In this document: positions 28,257 through 37,777 of the stretch, in pieces
Layout of the letters: each line of letters opens with the position of its first letter
How positions within the stretch are numbered: position 1 is the stretch's first letter
From: a bacterium
Lineage (GTDB): Bacteria > Fidelibacterota > Fidelibacteria > Fidelibacterales > Fidelibacteraceae
Assembly (NCBI GenBank): GCA_963676395.1
Contig: OY781066.1
Coordinates: 2,208,001 to 2,272,000, forward strand
DNA length: 64,000 nucleotides
Direction of reading: 5' to 3'
Notes under the pieces: model-generated
The model's database searches: none
What the model saw: only the letters and a program-made list of their open reading frames with translations
What the model was told of the DNA's origin: nothing
Program-made: the position numbers and the translations under genes

Positions 28257-29588
28257 TTAATCCATATTCAACGCTTCAACCTCTTCCACTGTCTTGATCT
28301 TGTGATGCTTCATGCGACGGTTCTTGAACTTACGGAAGATGTATTCGATGATCAGGGCAGCGGAGAAGGTAAGCAGACTGGCGATAAAGGCGCTTTTCTG
28401 CGTATTCCACTGGTAAAGCATCAATGCGACGAACACGGCGATTAGGATGATTAGATTGATGATGATCAGCCATTTTTTTCCACCCACTTCCTTTTGAAGT
28501 TTCAAATGCGAGATCAGAACGAAAATATAGATGACCGTATACACGGTACTGGTGATCGAGGCAATTGCTTCCAGATTGAAAAAGAGCGCGAAGATCAGGC
28601 CGAGTCCTGCGGTAATATACAATCCTTCAGTGGATTTGAACCAGACCTTGCGTTCAAAGATCTCCGGCAATTCACCGTCTTTGGCTAGTGAATAGGCGAT
28701 ATTCGCGCCGCCGAAAAGGGTCGCGTTAAGAGCCGATGATATGGAGAACAAAGCACCGATCGTGATCAGGATGAACCCGAAGTGCCCCAGAAAAGGCTTG
28801 GCCGCCATTGCCAGGGCATTTTCCTGGTCTTTCATGATCTCGGATATCGGGAGATTCCCGATCGTGACGACCGAAATGAGGATGTAGAAAACCATCACAA
28901 GAAAAATGCTGATATAGGTCGCACGGGGTACGTTCTTTTGAGGATCTTTCAAATTCTCCGAGACATTAGTGATCAGTCCGAATCCCATATAGGACAGGAA
29001 AAAAATGATCGAAGCGTTCAATAATCCATGTACGTTCGATGAATGAAAATCCGGCTTTGCCATCGTCATGTCAATGGTCAGGAAGCCGCCCAGAATAAAG
29101 ACCAGTAGAATGGTCAATTTAACCAGCACAATATAGAATTCCGCTTTCCCCACGGCTTTACTGCCGAAAAAGTTCAAGCCCGTAAAAATCAGGATCACGG
29201 CCACTTCGACCAATCCCAGGGATAAAGGTGTGGACTCGATATGAGCGAAGGGGAGGAAATAACCGGCAAATCCTTTGACGAAGAGAGAAATGGAGACCAC
29301 GTAGCTCAACCACATCAGAAAACTCAACGCACCGGTGACCAGTGAATCGCCCATGCCTTTCAGGATAAAGGCGACAGGTCCGGCGTTTGAAATGATCCGT
29401 TTGCCTAAGATGGCATAGGAATACGCGACAGCCAAAGCGTACAAACCGGATAAAATGAACGCAAAGGGGAGATCTTTTCCTGCAATGCCTGCACCAAGGC
29501 CGAAAATAGAGAAAATACTGGCACCGATCATGGTTCCGACAGCAATGGAGATGACCTCCGGCAGGCTTAATTTCTTGTTGTTTTCCAT
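28257..29588 (-). CDS. APC-family amino acid permease
   Basis: GTMIGASIF, many TM helices; AGGAG RBS before ATG 29588; visibly higher GC than neighbours. Confidence 0.88.
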   Translation of the reverse strand: MENNKKLSLPEVISIAVGTMIGASIFSIFGLGAGIAGKDLPFAFILSGLYALAVAYSYAILGKRIISNAGPVAFILKGMGDSLVTGALSFLMWLSYVVSISLFVKGFAGYFLPFAHIESTPLSLGLVEVAVILIFTGLNFFGSKAVGKAEFYIVLVKLTILLVFILGGFLTIDMTMAKPDFHSSNVHGLLNASIIFFLSYMGFGLITNVSENLKDPQKNVPRATYISIFLVMVFYILISVVTIGNLPISEIMKDQENALAMAAKPFLGHFGFILITIGALFSISSALNATLFGGANIAYSLAKDGELPEIFERKVWFKSTEGLYITAGLGLIFALFFNLEAIASITSTVYTVIYIFVLISHLKLQKEVGGKKWLIIINLIILIAVFVALMLYQWNTQKSAFIASLLTFSAALIIEYIFRKFKNRRMKHHKIKTVEEVEALNMD

Positions 29589-30214
29589 TGAATGGCTCCT
29601 GTTCTTTGGACAGTTAACGTGTGAAATCAAAATTGTTTCATTAATTTTACTTGATTATAATAAAACATGCAAGCTGTGATATAACATAAAATAGATCATA
29701 ATATAAATCCGCGATCGCGTGGCTTATTCCGTTACATTGTGCAAAAGTTCTCCAATCTATGATCGGCAAGCGACAAGCACAGGGTTGTTGTTTTTGAAAA
29801 TTTAAATGTAGCCGAGAGATTATTCAAGAATGATTTAATTACTAGAGACCACATAGCTAATTAAATGACACGATACCTATAGAATATAAAGAACTGTTTA
29901 ACCTTATACATACAACTGTCCGGAAAATGAGGGAATGTCAGGTCTAACATATTTATCTGTGTAAGTTATGGGTCTATTCAATATCATTATGTGAATTAAG
30001 CTCGGATTATGATGATTTTGTTACTGCAAATTAATCTATGGCTATGATTTACGTATAACAGGTCACGACTTTTGATGAATTTGATCTTCCGATATACTTT
30101 TTTTAAAAAGTTCTTTCAATAAAGGAATATCCTTTATAAAATATGATATAAAATAATAAAATGAATATCAGGCGATTAGCCGACTCTTGAATTTCACGCG
30201 CAGATGGGAAGTAG

Positions 30215-30670
30215 ATGCTACGTATCAGAAACCTATATCATTCGTTTGGAGACAGGAAAATAATCAACGGACTTGACCTTGATCTGGAACCTCAAAAGAT
30301 ATATTGTCTAATGGGAGCAAATGGATCTGGTAAAACGACATTATTCAATATTATTACCGGATTTCTTAAAGCAAAAAGTGGCGATATAACATATAAAGAT
30401 CAATCCATATTTAATAAATCTCCCGTTAAAATTAATCATTTAGGTATAAGTCGAACTTTTCAAGATCTCCGTATGATCCGGGAATTAACGGTAAGAGAAA
30501 ATGTTATGCTTGCCTTTAAGGGTAATAAAGGAGAGAATATATTTCAAGCTATGTTACCCCCTCCATTATTAAAACACCAGAATGATGAGTTTAATTCAAG
30601 AGCAGAAGAAATTATTGAACGTGTATTTCTTAGCGATGTTATTGATCAAAACCCTGATGTATTCCGATAA
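30215..30670 (+). pseudogene. Truncated branched-chain amino acid-type ABC ATPase (LivG-like)
   Basis: GANGSGKTT, GISRTFQDLR; ends before the signature and Walker B motifs; no partner genes. Confidence 0.75.
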
Positions 30671-31576
30671 TAAATACGGGGGAGAGACCTATAAGCTCGT
30701 ATTTGAGCCTCAGGATACGCTGTATCGCAGGCATACACATGGTATTTTTACTTATGACAAGAATGCCGAACTGCGCGAAGAGCAAGGTTATTTGAACGAA
30801 AAGACCATTGCGAAAACATCAATTCTTTGGTTTCGCAATTACTTTGATGAAAAGGGTGATACGCTAAAGGCGATCAAGAAGACCGATCCGGACTCCGATT
30901 TTGGCTCTCGTGTAGAATACCAGAAACATTATTACAAAGATGGCGAGGTTGTAGAGGTCGAAGAGATCTATACCGAGGCCCATAACAAAGAAGTGGGACT
31001 CGTCAAACATAGCGTTATTGCGAATCCCGAGAAAGACGGAACCATTGTCACTTATCAATACAATAACGAAAAGATCGAAAAAGATGCCATTCTTAGTCAT
31101 GAGATCCATTATAATCATTACATCGAACCCGTTAAAGAGGTCATGTATCCGACATCACGGGTCAAGAATTACCTAAATCTCCAAATATTGATCATCGACC
31201 ATCACCCGGACGGCGCTCAGAGCATCATTGCTCATTACAAAGAGAACGACGCCCCCCACTCCGGAAGTCAAACTCCACGAGATCAAAGATGCTCCCAATG
31301 GCGACCAGCTGGTCGAATCCACATCTATTTCGATGGCGAACTCTACTACCGCATCAACTTAAGCGGTTACATCGCCCAGTATGCCACCCCCGACTACCGC
31401 TTTAAAACCTACCTCACCGCCTTCAAACGCGACAGCAGCATCGACCACGTCGAAAGACAGACGACAAAAACAAACACGATTATACCCTCAAGGTCACGGA
31501 ATTTTACCAAGGCCAGCAGTACCGTGATCTGTACTACAGAGACGGTAAGGTAGAGAAGACGGAATATTATGAGTAG
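30647..31576 (+). pseudogene. 5'-truncated, frameshifted Tyr-rich beta-repeat (MORN-variant-like) protein fragment
   Basis: Higher-GC segment joined to the LivG fragment. An alternative frame gives DDKNKHDYTLKVTEFYQGQQYRDLYYRDGKVEKTEYYE-stop at 31576. Confidence 0.55.
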
Positions 31577-31907
31577 GGGAGGGCATGTTTACCCCTAAAA
31601 ACTGTGATTCCATTTATTAAGAAATATTTGAATGAGCTTAACTTTATGAAGCCCTTAGAATGAATATTTCAATTATATATAATAAACTTTAAGCAATGAG
31701 TTTCTTGATTAAAATATAAGTAAATTGACGAAATAGTTAAAATATAATGATAGCTATTAATACTTGTTTTGAAATTAAAGATTATTTATATTTTATTATG
31801 AATTTAGCATAAATTATTGAGAATTAGTTTATTCGACTTATTGACTGAATTGTTATCTATGGTTCTTGCACAGCAAGAATTATAAGATTTATCATGAAGG
31901 AAGTTAG

Positions 31908-33182
31908 ATGGATGCATTAATTGATATTACAACTATTCATCGAATTGGTAAGATTATTTATTCTAAAGAAAATGAACGTGTTAGAGCAATTGATATTGTT
32001 GCATTATTGCATTTTGTTGAGCTAATATTATTTTGTGATAACATATATTTTACACAAATTGAAGGTGAAAAAACAGTTCCTCTTACTAGTAAAATAATTG
32101 AATCGTTAATGAAATATGGATGTATTCCAAAAGATAATTTTAATTCTTGTATGTTAAAACCAATAAAATCGAAATATGACGATCATTATGATTTTCATGT
32201 AGTCGCGGCAAATAAATGTGCAAATATATTGTATACATTAAAGAATGACAATTTGTTTAAGCAACTACCTAAGTATTTTGATTGTGCTTCTCAACCAGAT
32301 GGAGTTAGAATAGACAATATATATAAATTATTAGAATCAAAAGACATTCACGAACCCATTTCTAATGAGTTTTTGTTAGAATTAATTAAGGATGATTTTG
32401 TATTGGGTTCCACAAAATCAATTCTTTTTAGTAGTCGAGAATTGCAATTACAGCTAAAACAATTATATAAAAAACCAAATTTTCAATATGATTATTTATT
32501 TAGAACAATGTTTAGGATTAAAGCTAATGAGGCTATAGCAAATAAGTTTAATTGCATTTATTCACCGGCACCGCAAAGAGCTATATTTGATCAAATAATC
32601 TACAGATCTATATTATCAGATATGAATAAATCAATTTTATCGATCAGAAATGAATTGGGCTTGCGTAAGTATTTTGATGGAGTTTTTAAAAAATATGTTA
32701 TAAGCGAGGAATATCCATTTCCTGCTCTTGTGATTGGTATTTTATTAGAGAATAAATTAAATGAACCTATAGAAATGTTGCAATGGGCTTGTAAATATCG
32801 TGAGGAAAGCAATGAATTAAACAATATACGAATGTATATAAATGAACTAGAGCGTTTAAATATGACTGGAAATTATTCTGATCAAAAAAACGTTAAAGAT
32901 AATATTAAAAATGTGATATATGAAGTAAGACAAAATTTAGATAATAATTTTGTTAAATCAATATTTAGATCATCTCTAAAAAATTTCTTAAGTTTGATTA
33001 ATGTTAACAATGATGGCAATATGACAGATGAAGAAATTGATAATTATTTAAGGTTATTTCGCTCAAAAAAATATGAAAAGATATTACCAACAAATTTTTT
33101 ATCAATTATTACTAATAACTTATTATCTGAGTCAGAATTAGGAGCATGGCTTTCAAGCTCCTTAAAAAGAGAAATATATTAG
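31908..33182 (+). CDS. Hypothetical 424-aa protein, first gene of the caspase operon
   Basis: Long ORF in very AT-rich DNA; AGGAAG RBS; no family recognised. Confidence 0.75.
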   Translation: MDALIDITTIHRIGKIIYSKENERVRAIDIVALLHFVELILFCDNIYFTQIEGEKTVPLTSKIIESLMKYGCIPKDNFNSCMLKPIKSKYDDHYDFHVVAANKCANILYTLKNDNLFKQLPKYFDCASQPDGVRIDNIYKLLESKDIHEPISNEFLLELIKDDFVLGSTKSILFSSRELQLQLKQLYKKPNFQYDYLFRTMFRIKANEAIANKFNCIYSPAPQRAIFDQIIYRSILSDMNKSILSIRNELGLRKYFDGVFKKYVISEEYPFPALVIGILLENKLNEPIEMLQWACKYREESNELNNIRMYINELERLNMTGNYSDQKNVKDNIKNVIYEVRQNLDNNFVKSIFRSSLKNFLSLINVNNDGNMTDEEIDNYLRLFRSKKYEKILPTNFLSIITNNLLSESELGAWLSSSLKREIY

Positions 33183-33229
33183 TAAAATATTATTAATATT
33201 ATTTGGAAAAATTAGATAAAGAGGTCAAA

Positions 33230-33595
33230 ATGAGAAAATTAAAATTTATAATTGATTTGGGTGATTTAGGTAACGATATCGATCCATATGAATTTCAACA
33301 GTTTTTAAAACAATCTAATTATTTGACAACTTGTAAATATTGTCATATTGACAATAAAGATGAAAACGATTTGAGAAGTAAAGATCTTTCGTTGGCAATA
33401 GAAATAACCCTATATGTGATGCCTGTAGTAGAAGGTTCTATTGATTTGATTCAGGAACTTGATGTTAATACATTTATAGATCTACTATTAAAATTAAAAG
33501 GGATTAAAGAGGGACTTGATTTTGTTAAAAATTGTATAGTTGAAGTTAAAGACAAAAATAATGGTAAAATTAGATATGTTGATAAAAAAAAATAA
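33230..33595 (+). CDS. Small protein overlapping the caspase gene, possibly EACC1-like
   Basis: GAGG RBS then ATG 33230; central hydrophobic stretch; C-terminal IVEVKDKNNGKIRYV hairpin-like pattern. Confidence 0.55.
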   Translation: MRKLKFIIDLGDLGNDIDPYEFQQFLKQSNYLTTCKYCHIDNKDENDLRSKDLSLAIEITLYVMPVVEGSIDLIQELDVNTFIDLLLKLKGIKEGLDFVKNCIVEVKDKNNGKIRYVDKKK

Positions 33596-35378
33596 GGTAA
33601 AAGATTATGCATTTGTGTATGGAGTGAATGGTCATGAATTAAAATTTTCTGAAATAGATGCATATGATTTTGGAAAATTTTTGATGACTAAAAAATACCT
33701 TAATTATCAGGTGAAGTTTGGTGATAATTGCTATAAAAATGATTATGGTTTTCTATCACAATTCGAAGAAAGGATAAAAGATCTAGAACCTAATTCAAGG
33801 CTTTTATTTTATTTTTCTGGTCATGGTGTTTTTGAAGGAGATCCAAAACAATTTAGTTTTGAAATTGGGAGAGATGAATTTTGTTCATTTAATAGTTTGA
33901 TAAAATCAATTAAAAAATCTGAGGGTGCTTTACAAGAAATATTATTTATTTTTGATTGTTGTCATGCACATGTTATTAAACATGAAATTGAACATTTAAA
34001 TATTATAGATAGTAATAAAGCAAGAATAACTGGTGTGGATTATCAAAAGAGATATCATATACTACTTCCTACAAATTACATTAAAACAGAAACATATGAA
34101 GCATTAATAGATTCCGATAGTTCTTTTACTAAAAATATATCAAAAACAATTGATAAAATAGCTGTTGATTTTTTAAATAAAACTGGGAAAATTACAATCA
34201 AGGATATTAAAGATGCTTACCCTAATCAAAATGATCTTACTAATAGCCCTACCATTCTTGATAGCTTGAATGATGATTTTGTAATCGGTAAAATCGGAGA
34301 ACGGAAATTTGATAAAACATATATTGGTGATAGGGCTTCTCAAATAAACGAATATCTTAATGCATTCAGTGTTGCAGATAATGTTTCTAAAAAATGGACA
34401 GTTAAAGTTCCTTATGGTCCTCATAGTATAATTAAACTTCAAGGACGTTTGTCTAAAATTATAAAAGAACAAGATGAAGAATTTGAAGAATTTGATAAAA
34501 AAGCGGAAAGGAAATATTTTGATGCTATTCAAAATCCTGAATTAGCGCTAGTCAGTAACGCAATATATACATTTCCGTTTTTTATGACTCCATCAAGATT
34601 ACCGTTTTGGGGGGTAATTCCTTATGGGTATCATTTGGCACTAGGAATTTTATATAAAAAAGGCAAAAATAACATTAAATCATTTTCAGAAGAATATTTT
34701 AATAGAGAAATTGTGTTGAGATACAAATATGAACCTAGTAGTAGAGAACAAAAAGAATACAGTGCAATTAAAGATTATCATTGGATCAATGAACTTATTA
34801 ATGGAATTATAGTAAGTGATGTTAAAGGAAAGATTTATTCTAATTCTGGTTATATGTATAGTGAATTAATTCCTCTATTAATTAATTCTTCCCAGGTTGA
34901 TTTTACGCTTGAAAAATTAAATGAATATTTATATGTCATACCAGTTTCTTCAGAGCGAGTAAATAATTATATTTACCCTAAAGAATGTTTGTTAAAAAAA
35001 CATGCAATTGAAAATATTATTGTAGATTATATGGAGGGTAGAGAAAGAAATATTACCCCAACTATTAATGATATCACAATTTTTGATCTTGCACATAAAA
35101 AAAACTTAATTGAAGTACTTAAGCGCAGAGGACTAGAAGAAAGTTATGGATTAATTAGCATGTATCATAATCTCAATATACCGGTTGGTATTGGATTTAG
35201 TTTGAAATCATACAAACTGTTTCAAGATAATAGAAATTTGTGGTCAATGTTGGAAAATGAAGTTAGGGAGTTTTTTATAGAGGCACCTAATAATTGCAAA
35301 TATAATAAGCAAAGAAAAAGAAGAATATTATCGGAATTAAATGATATTGGTATTAAAATAAATTTAAATAACCATTAG
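33576..35378 (+). CDS. Caspase-like (peptidase C14) protease with a C-terminal putative solute-binding domain
   Basis: YAFVYGVN..L....DA, FYFSGHG (33816), IFDCCHA (33954). C-terminal half resembles the adjacent SBP. Confidence 0.82.
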   Translation: MLIKKNKVKDYAFVYGVNGHELKFSEIDAYDFGKFLMTKKYLNYQVKFGDNCYKNDYGFLSQFEERIKDLEPNSRLLFYFSGHGVFEGDPKQFSFEIGRDEFCSFNSLIKSIKKSEGALQEILFIFDCCHAHVIKHEIEHLNIIDSNKARITGVDYQKRYHILLPTNYIKTETYEALIDSDSSFTKNISKTIDKIAVDFLNKTGKITIKDIKDAYPNQNDLTNSPTILDSLNDDFVIGKIGERKFDKTYIGDRASQINEYLNAFSVADNVSKKWTVKVPYGPHSIIKLQGRLSKIIKEQDEEFEEFDKKAERKYFDAIQNPELALVSNAIYTFPFFMTPSRLPFWGVIPYGYHLALGILYKKGKNNIKSFSEEYFNREIVLRYKYEPSSREQKEYSAIKDYHWINELINGIIVSDVKGKIYSNSGYMYSELIPLLINSSQVDFTLEKLNEYLYVIPVSSERVNNYIYPKECLLKKHAIENIIVDYMEGRERNITPTINDITIFDLAHKKNLIEVLKRRGLEESYGLISMYHNLNIPVGIGFSLKSYKLFQDNRNLWSMLENEVREFFIEAPNNCKYNKQRKRRILSELNDIGIKINLNNH

Positions 35379-35395
35379 CTGTAGGAGAATTAAAT

Positions 35396-36328
35396 ATGGT
35401 TGAGTTAAAAGAAAATCTTAAAAATAATCGTATGATGAGAAATGGTCGTTTTGCTATAGTATTCTCAATAATAGCCTTTTTTATAAGTTTATTATCAATA
35501 TTAGCTTTTACTCCTAATAATAAAATATCAGATAAAAATAATTATATCGGTGTATTTCAAGAAATTAAGAAACACAAAGTATTAAAAATTGGATACGGAG
35601 GTTTCCCTCCATATACAATAGTAAATCCAAATGTTAAAAATTCTGAGGATGAAGTAACCGGGTATTCTATAGATTTAATTAAGGAGATTGCTTCACTAGC
35701 ACAACCGGAGTTGGAAATCGAATGGGTAAGATTTAGTTGGGAAACTATTCAAACTGAGTTGAATTCCGGGAAATTTGATATAATAGCAGATCCAGTATAC
35801 CAAACTATTCCTAGAGCATTTGAATTCGATTTTACAATGCCTTATGCGTATTTTGGTATTGCTGTAGGTGTGGTAAACAAAGATGATGATAGATTTAATA
35901 CATTTTCAGACTTAGATAGAGATGATATAATAATTTCACTTGCAAAAGGTTGGACAACATCTGAGTATGCTGAAAAATATCTTGATAAACCAAAATTTCA
36001 TTTTATTTCTGCAACGGGTGATGCTTTTAATCAGCTTGATGATGTGATTCTAGGGAGAGCTGATGTTGCATTAAATGATGTACCTACAGTTGTACAATAT
36101 GTAAATGCCCATTCTGATGTAGTCAAAAGCGTTTTTATAGAGAATCCACCTTCTAGCGTACCCGGCGGTTTTGTAGTAAGAAAAGGAGAAGTTGATTTAT
36201 TAAACTTTTTGAACACTTCACTATATATACTTATGGCTAATGGTACACTTGAGAGACTAGATGAAAAATGGGAAACATACCACCATATACCAATCAATAC
36301 TAAAGTACCTGGCAGTGGTATAAAATGA
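35396..36328 (+). CDS. Polar amino acid ABC substrate-binding protein (family 3)
   Basis: N-terminal TM anchor; LKIGY..FPPY, GYSIDL, W......LNSGKFDI, GRADV, GTLERL.EKW. Confidence 0.9.
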   Translation: MVELKENLKNNRMMRNGRFAIVFSIIAFFISLLSILAFTPNNKISDKNNYIGVFQEIKKHKVLKIGYGGFPPYTIVNPNVKNSEDEVTGYSIDLIKEIASLAQPELEIEWVRFSWETIQTELNSGKFDIIADPVYQTIPRAFEFDFTMPYAYFGIAVGVVNKDDDRFNTFSDLDRDDIIISLAKGWTTSEYAEKYLDKPKFHFISATGDAFNQLDDVILGRADVALNDVPTVVQYVNAHSDVVKSVFIENPPSSVPGGFVVRKGEVDLLNFLNTSLYILMANGTLERLDEKWETYHHIPINTKVPGSGIK

Positions 36329-36340
36329 TCGGTTATATAT

Positions 36341-37015
36341 ATGCTAAATTATAATTGGGACTTTTCTTTTCTTCTCAGCTATAGAGATGCTTTCTTAAAT
36401 GGTATAGTGGTAACACTTTATGTCTCGCTTATGTCGTTTATAATTGGTACTATTGTTGGCATATTATTTGGTATGTTGATTAAATATATCAAACGGAATT
36501 ATATATTATTATTAATTAATGATGCAATTCGTGCTATACCAATGTTAGTTATGATATTTTTTGTATATTATTTTCCTTTCAAAGCATTATTGGGAATTAA
36601 TCCTCCTAATGCCTTGTATTCCTCAATTATAGCAATTAGTATAAGTCAGGCAGCTTATACCGCTGATATTGTTAGATCGGCAATAAATTCAGTATCATCC
36701 AAAACCATTCAAGGAGCCAAAGCATTAGGTCTGAAAGAAGTTGTTGTTCTTAGATATATAATTCTTCCCGATATAATTAGGCAAACGTTACCTGCGCAAA
36801 TAGCCTTTCTAATTGGCATTTTTAGATTGTCAAGTTTGGCATCAGTTATTGGTGCAAATGAAATCGTATTTGTAGCTCGTACAGCAATATCACAAAATTA
36901 TCGTTCTTTGGAGGCATGGATTGTTGTTGCAATAATTTATATTATATTAATATTGCCTTTAACATTCCTAAGTAGACGCTTAGAAAATTCAAAATGGTTA
37001 AAACGAAGATGGTAA
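36341..37015 (+). CDS. Polar amino acid ABC permease (HisM/GlnP-like)
   Basis: GIVVTL, RAIPMLV, AAYTADIVRSAI, GAKALGL, SSLASVIG. Confidence 0.92.
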   Translation: MLNYNWDFSFLLSYRDAFLNGIVVTLYVSLMSFIIGTIVGILFGMLIKYIKRNYILLLINDAIRAIPMLVMIFFVYYFPFKALLGINPPNALYSSIIAISISQAAYTADIVRSAINSVSSKTIQGAKALGLKEVVVLRYIILPDIIRQTLPAQIAFLIGIFRLSSLASVIGANEIVFVARTAISQNYRSLEAWIVVAIIYIILILPLTFLSRRLENSKWLKRRW

Positions 37016-37773
37016 ATAAAGAATTAATTTTAAAATGTAAGGATATTCAACATTCTTTTGGCTCGAATAAAGTTTTAAACTCATTAAACTTGGAATTGGT
37101 TAAAGGAGAAATAAAAGCAATTATTGGTGCTAGCGGTTGTGGAAAAACAACTCTATTAAAAAATATTAACTTGCTAATACCACCACAAAAGGGTGAATTG
37201 CAGTTATCAAAACAAGTTTATTTTAATAATGGTGAAATAATTTATGAACCATATGAATTATGTAGAAGTATTGGATTGGTTTTTCAGGATTTTAATTTAT
37301 TCCCGAATTTAACATGTCTAAATAACATTACTTTAGCTTTGATAAAGAATTTAGGATTTACAAAAGAAAATGCAACAGAAACATCCCTAAGAATTGCTGA
37401 AAAATTACATATACAAGATGTGCTTAAAAAGTATCCTGGGGATTTAAGTGGAGGTCAGGCTCAAAGGTTAAGCATTGCAAGAGCAATAGTACTGAAACCT
37501 AAAATATTATTGTTAGATGAGATTACTTCTGCTTTAGATCCTAATACTACACAAAATGTTATTGATGCAATAAAAGATGTTAAACTATTACTTCCAGAAT
37601 TATCAATAATTATTGTAACTCATCATATACAATTTGCTGAAAGATTTGCTGATAATATTGCATTTATGTTCGATGGTAGAATTATTGAAGAACTACCTGC
37701 GAGAGAATTTAGTACGAATTGTAAGAATTCTAAAACGCAAGAATTCGTTAAAGTGGTCGCAGGAATTCATTAA
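36994..37773 (+). CDS. Polar amino acid ABC ATPase (GlnQ-like)
   Basis: GASGCGKTT, VFQDFNLFP, LSGGQAQR, LLDEITSALDP, VTH. Start may be 37009. Confidence 0.92.
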   Translation: MVKTKMVNKELILKCKDIQHSFGSNKVLNSLNLELVKGEIKAIIGASGCGKTTLLKNINLLIPPQKGELQLSKQVYFNNGEIIYEPYELCRSIGLVFQDFNLFPNLTCLNNITLALIKNLGFTKENATETSLRIAEKLHIQDVLKKYPGDLSGGQAQRLSIARAIVLKPKILLLDEITSALDPNTTQNVIDAIKDVKLLLPELSIIIVTHHIQFAERFADNIAFMFDGRIIEELPAREFSTNCKNSKTQEFVKVVAGIH

Positions 37774-37777
37774 AAAT

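Noticed and set aside
31908..33595. Gasdermin next to the caspase
   Set aside because: Neither upstream ORF shows the beta-rich pattern or N-terminal Cys expected of bacterial gasdermins by eye; a structure search would settle it.
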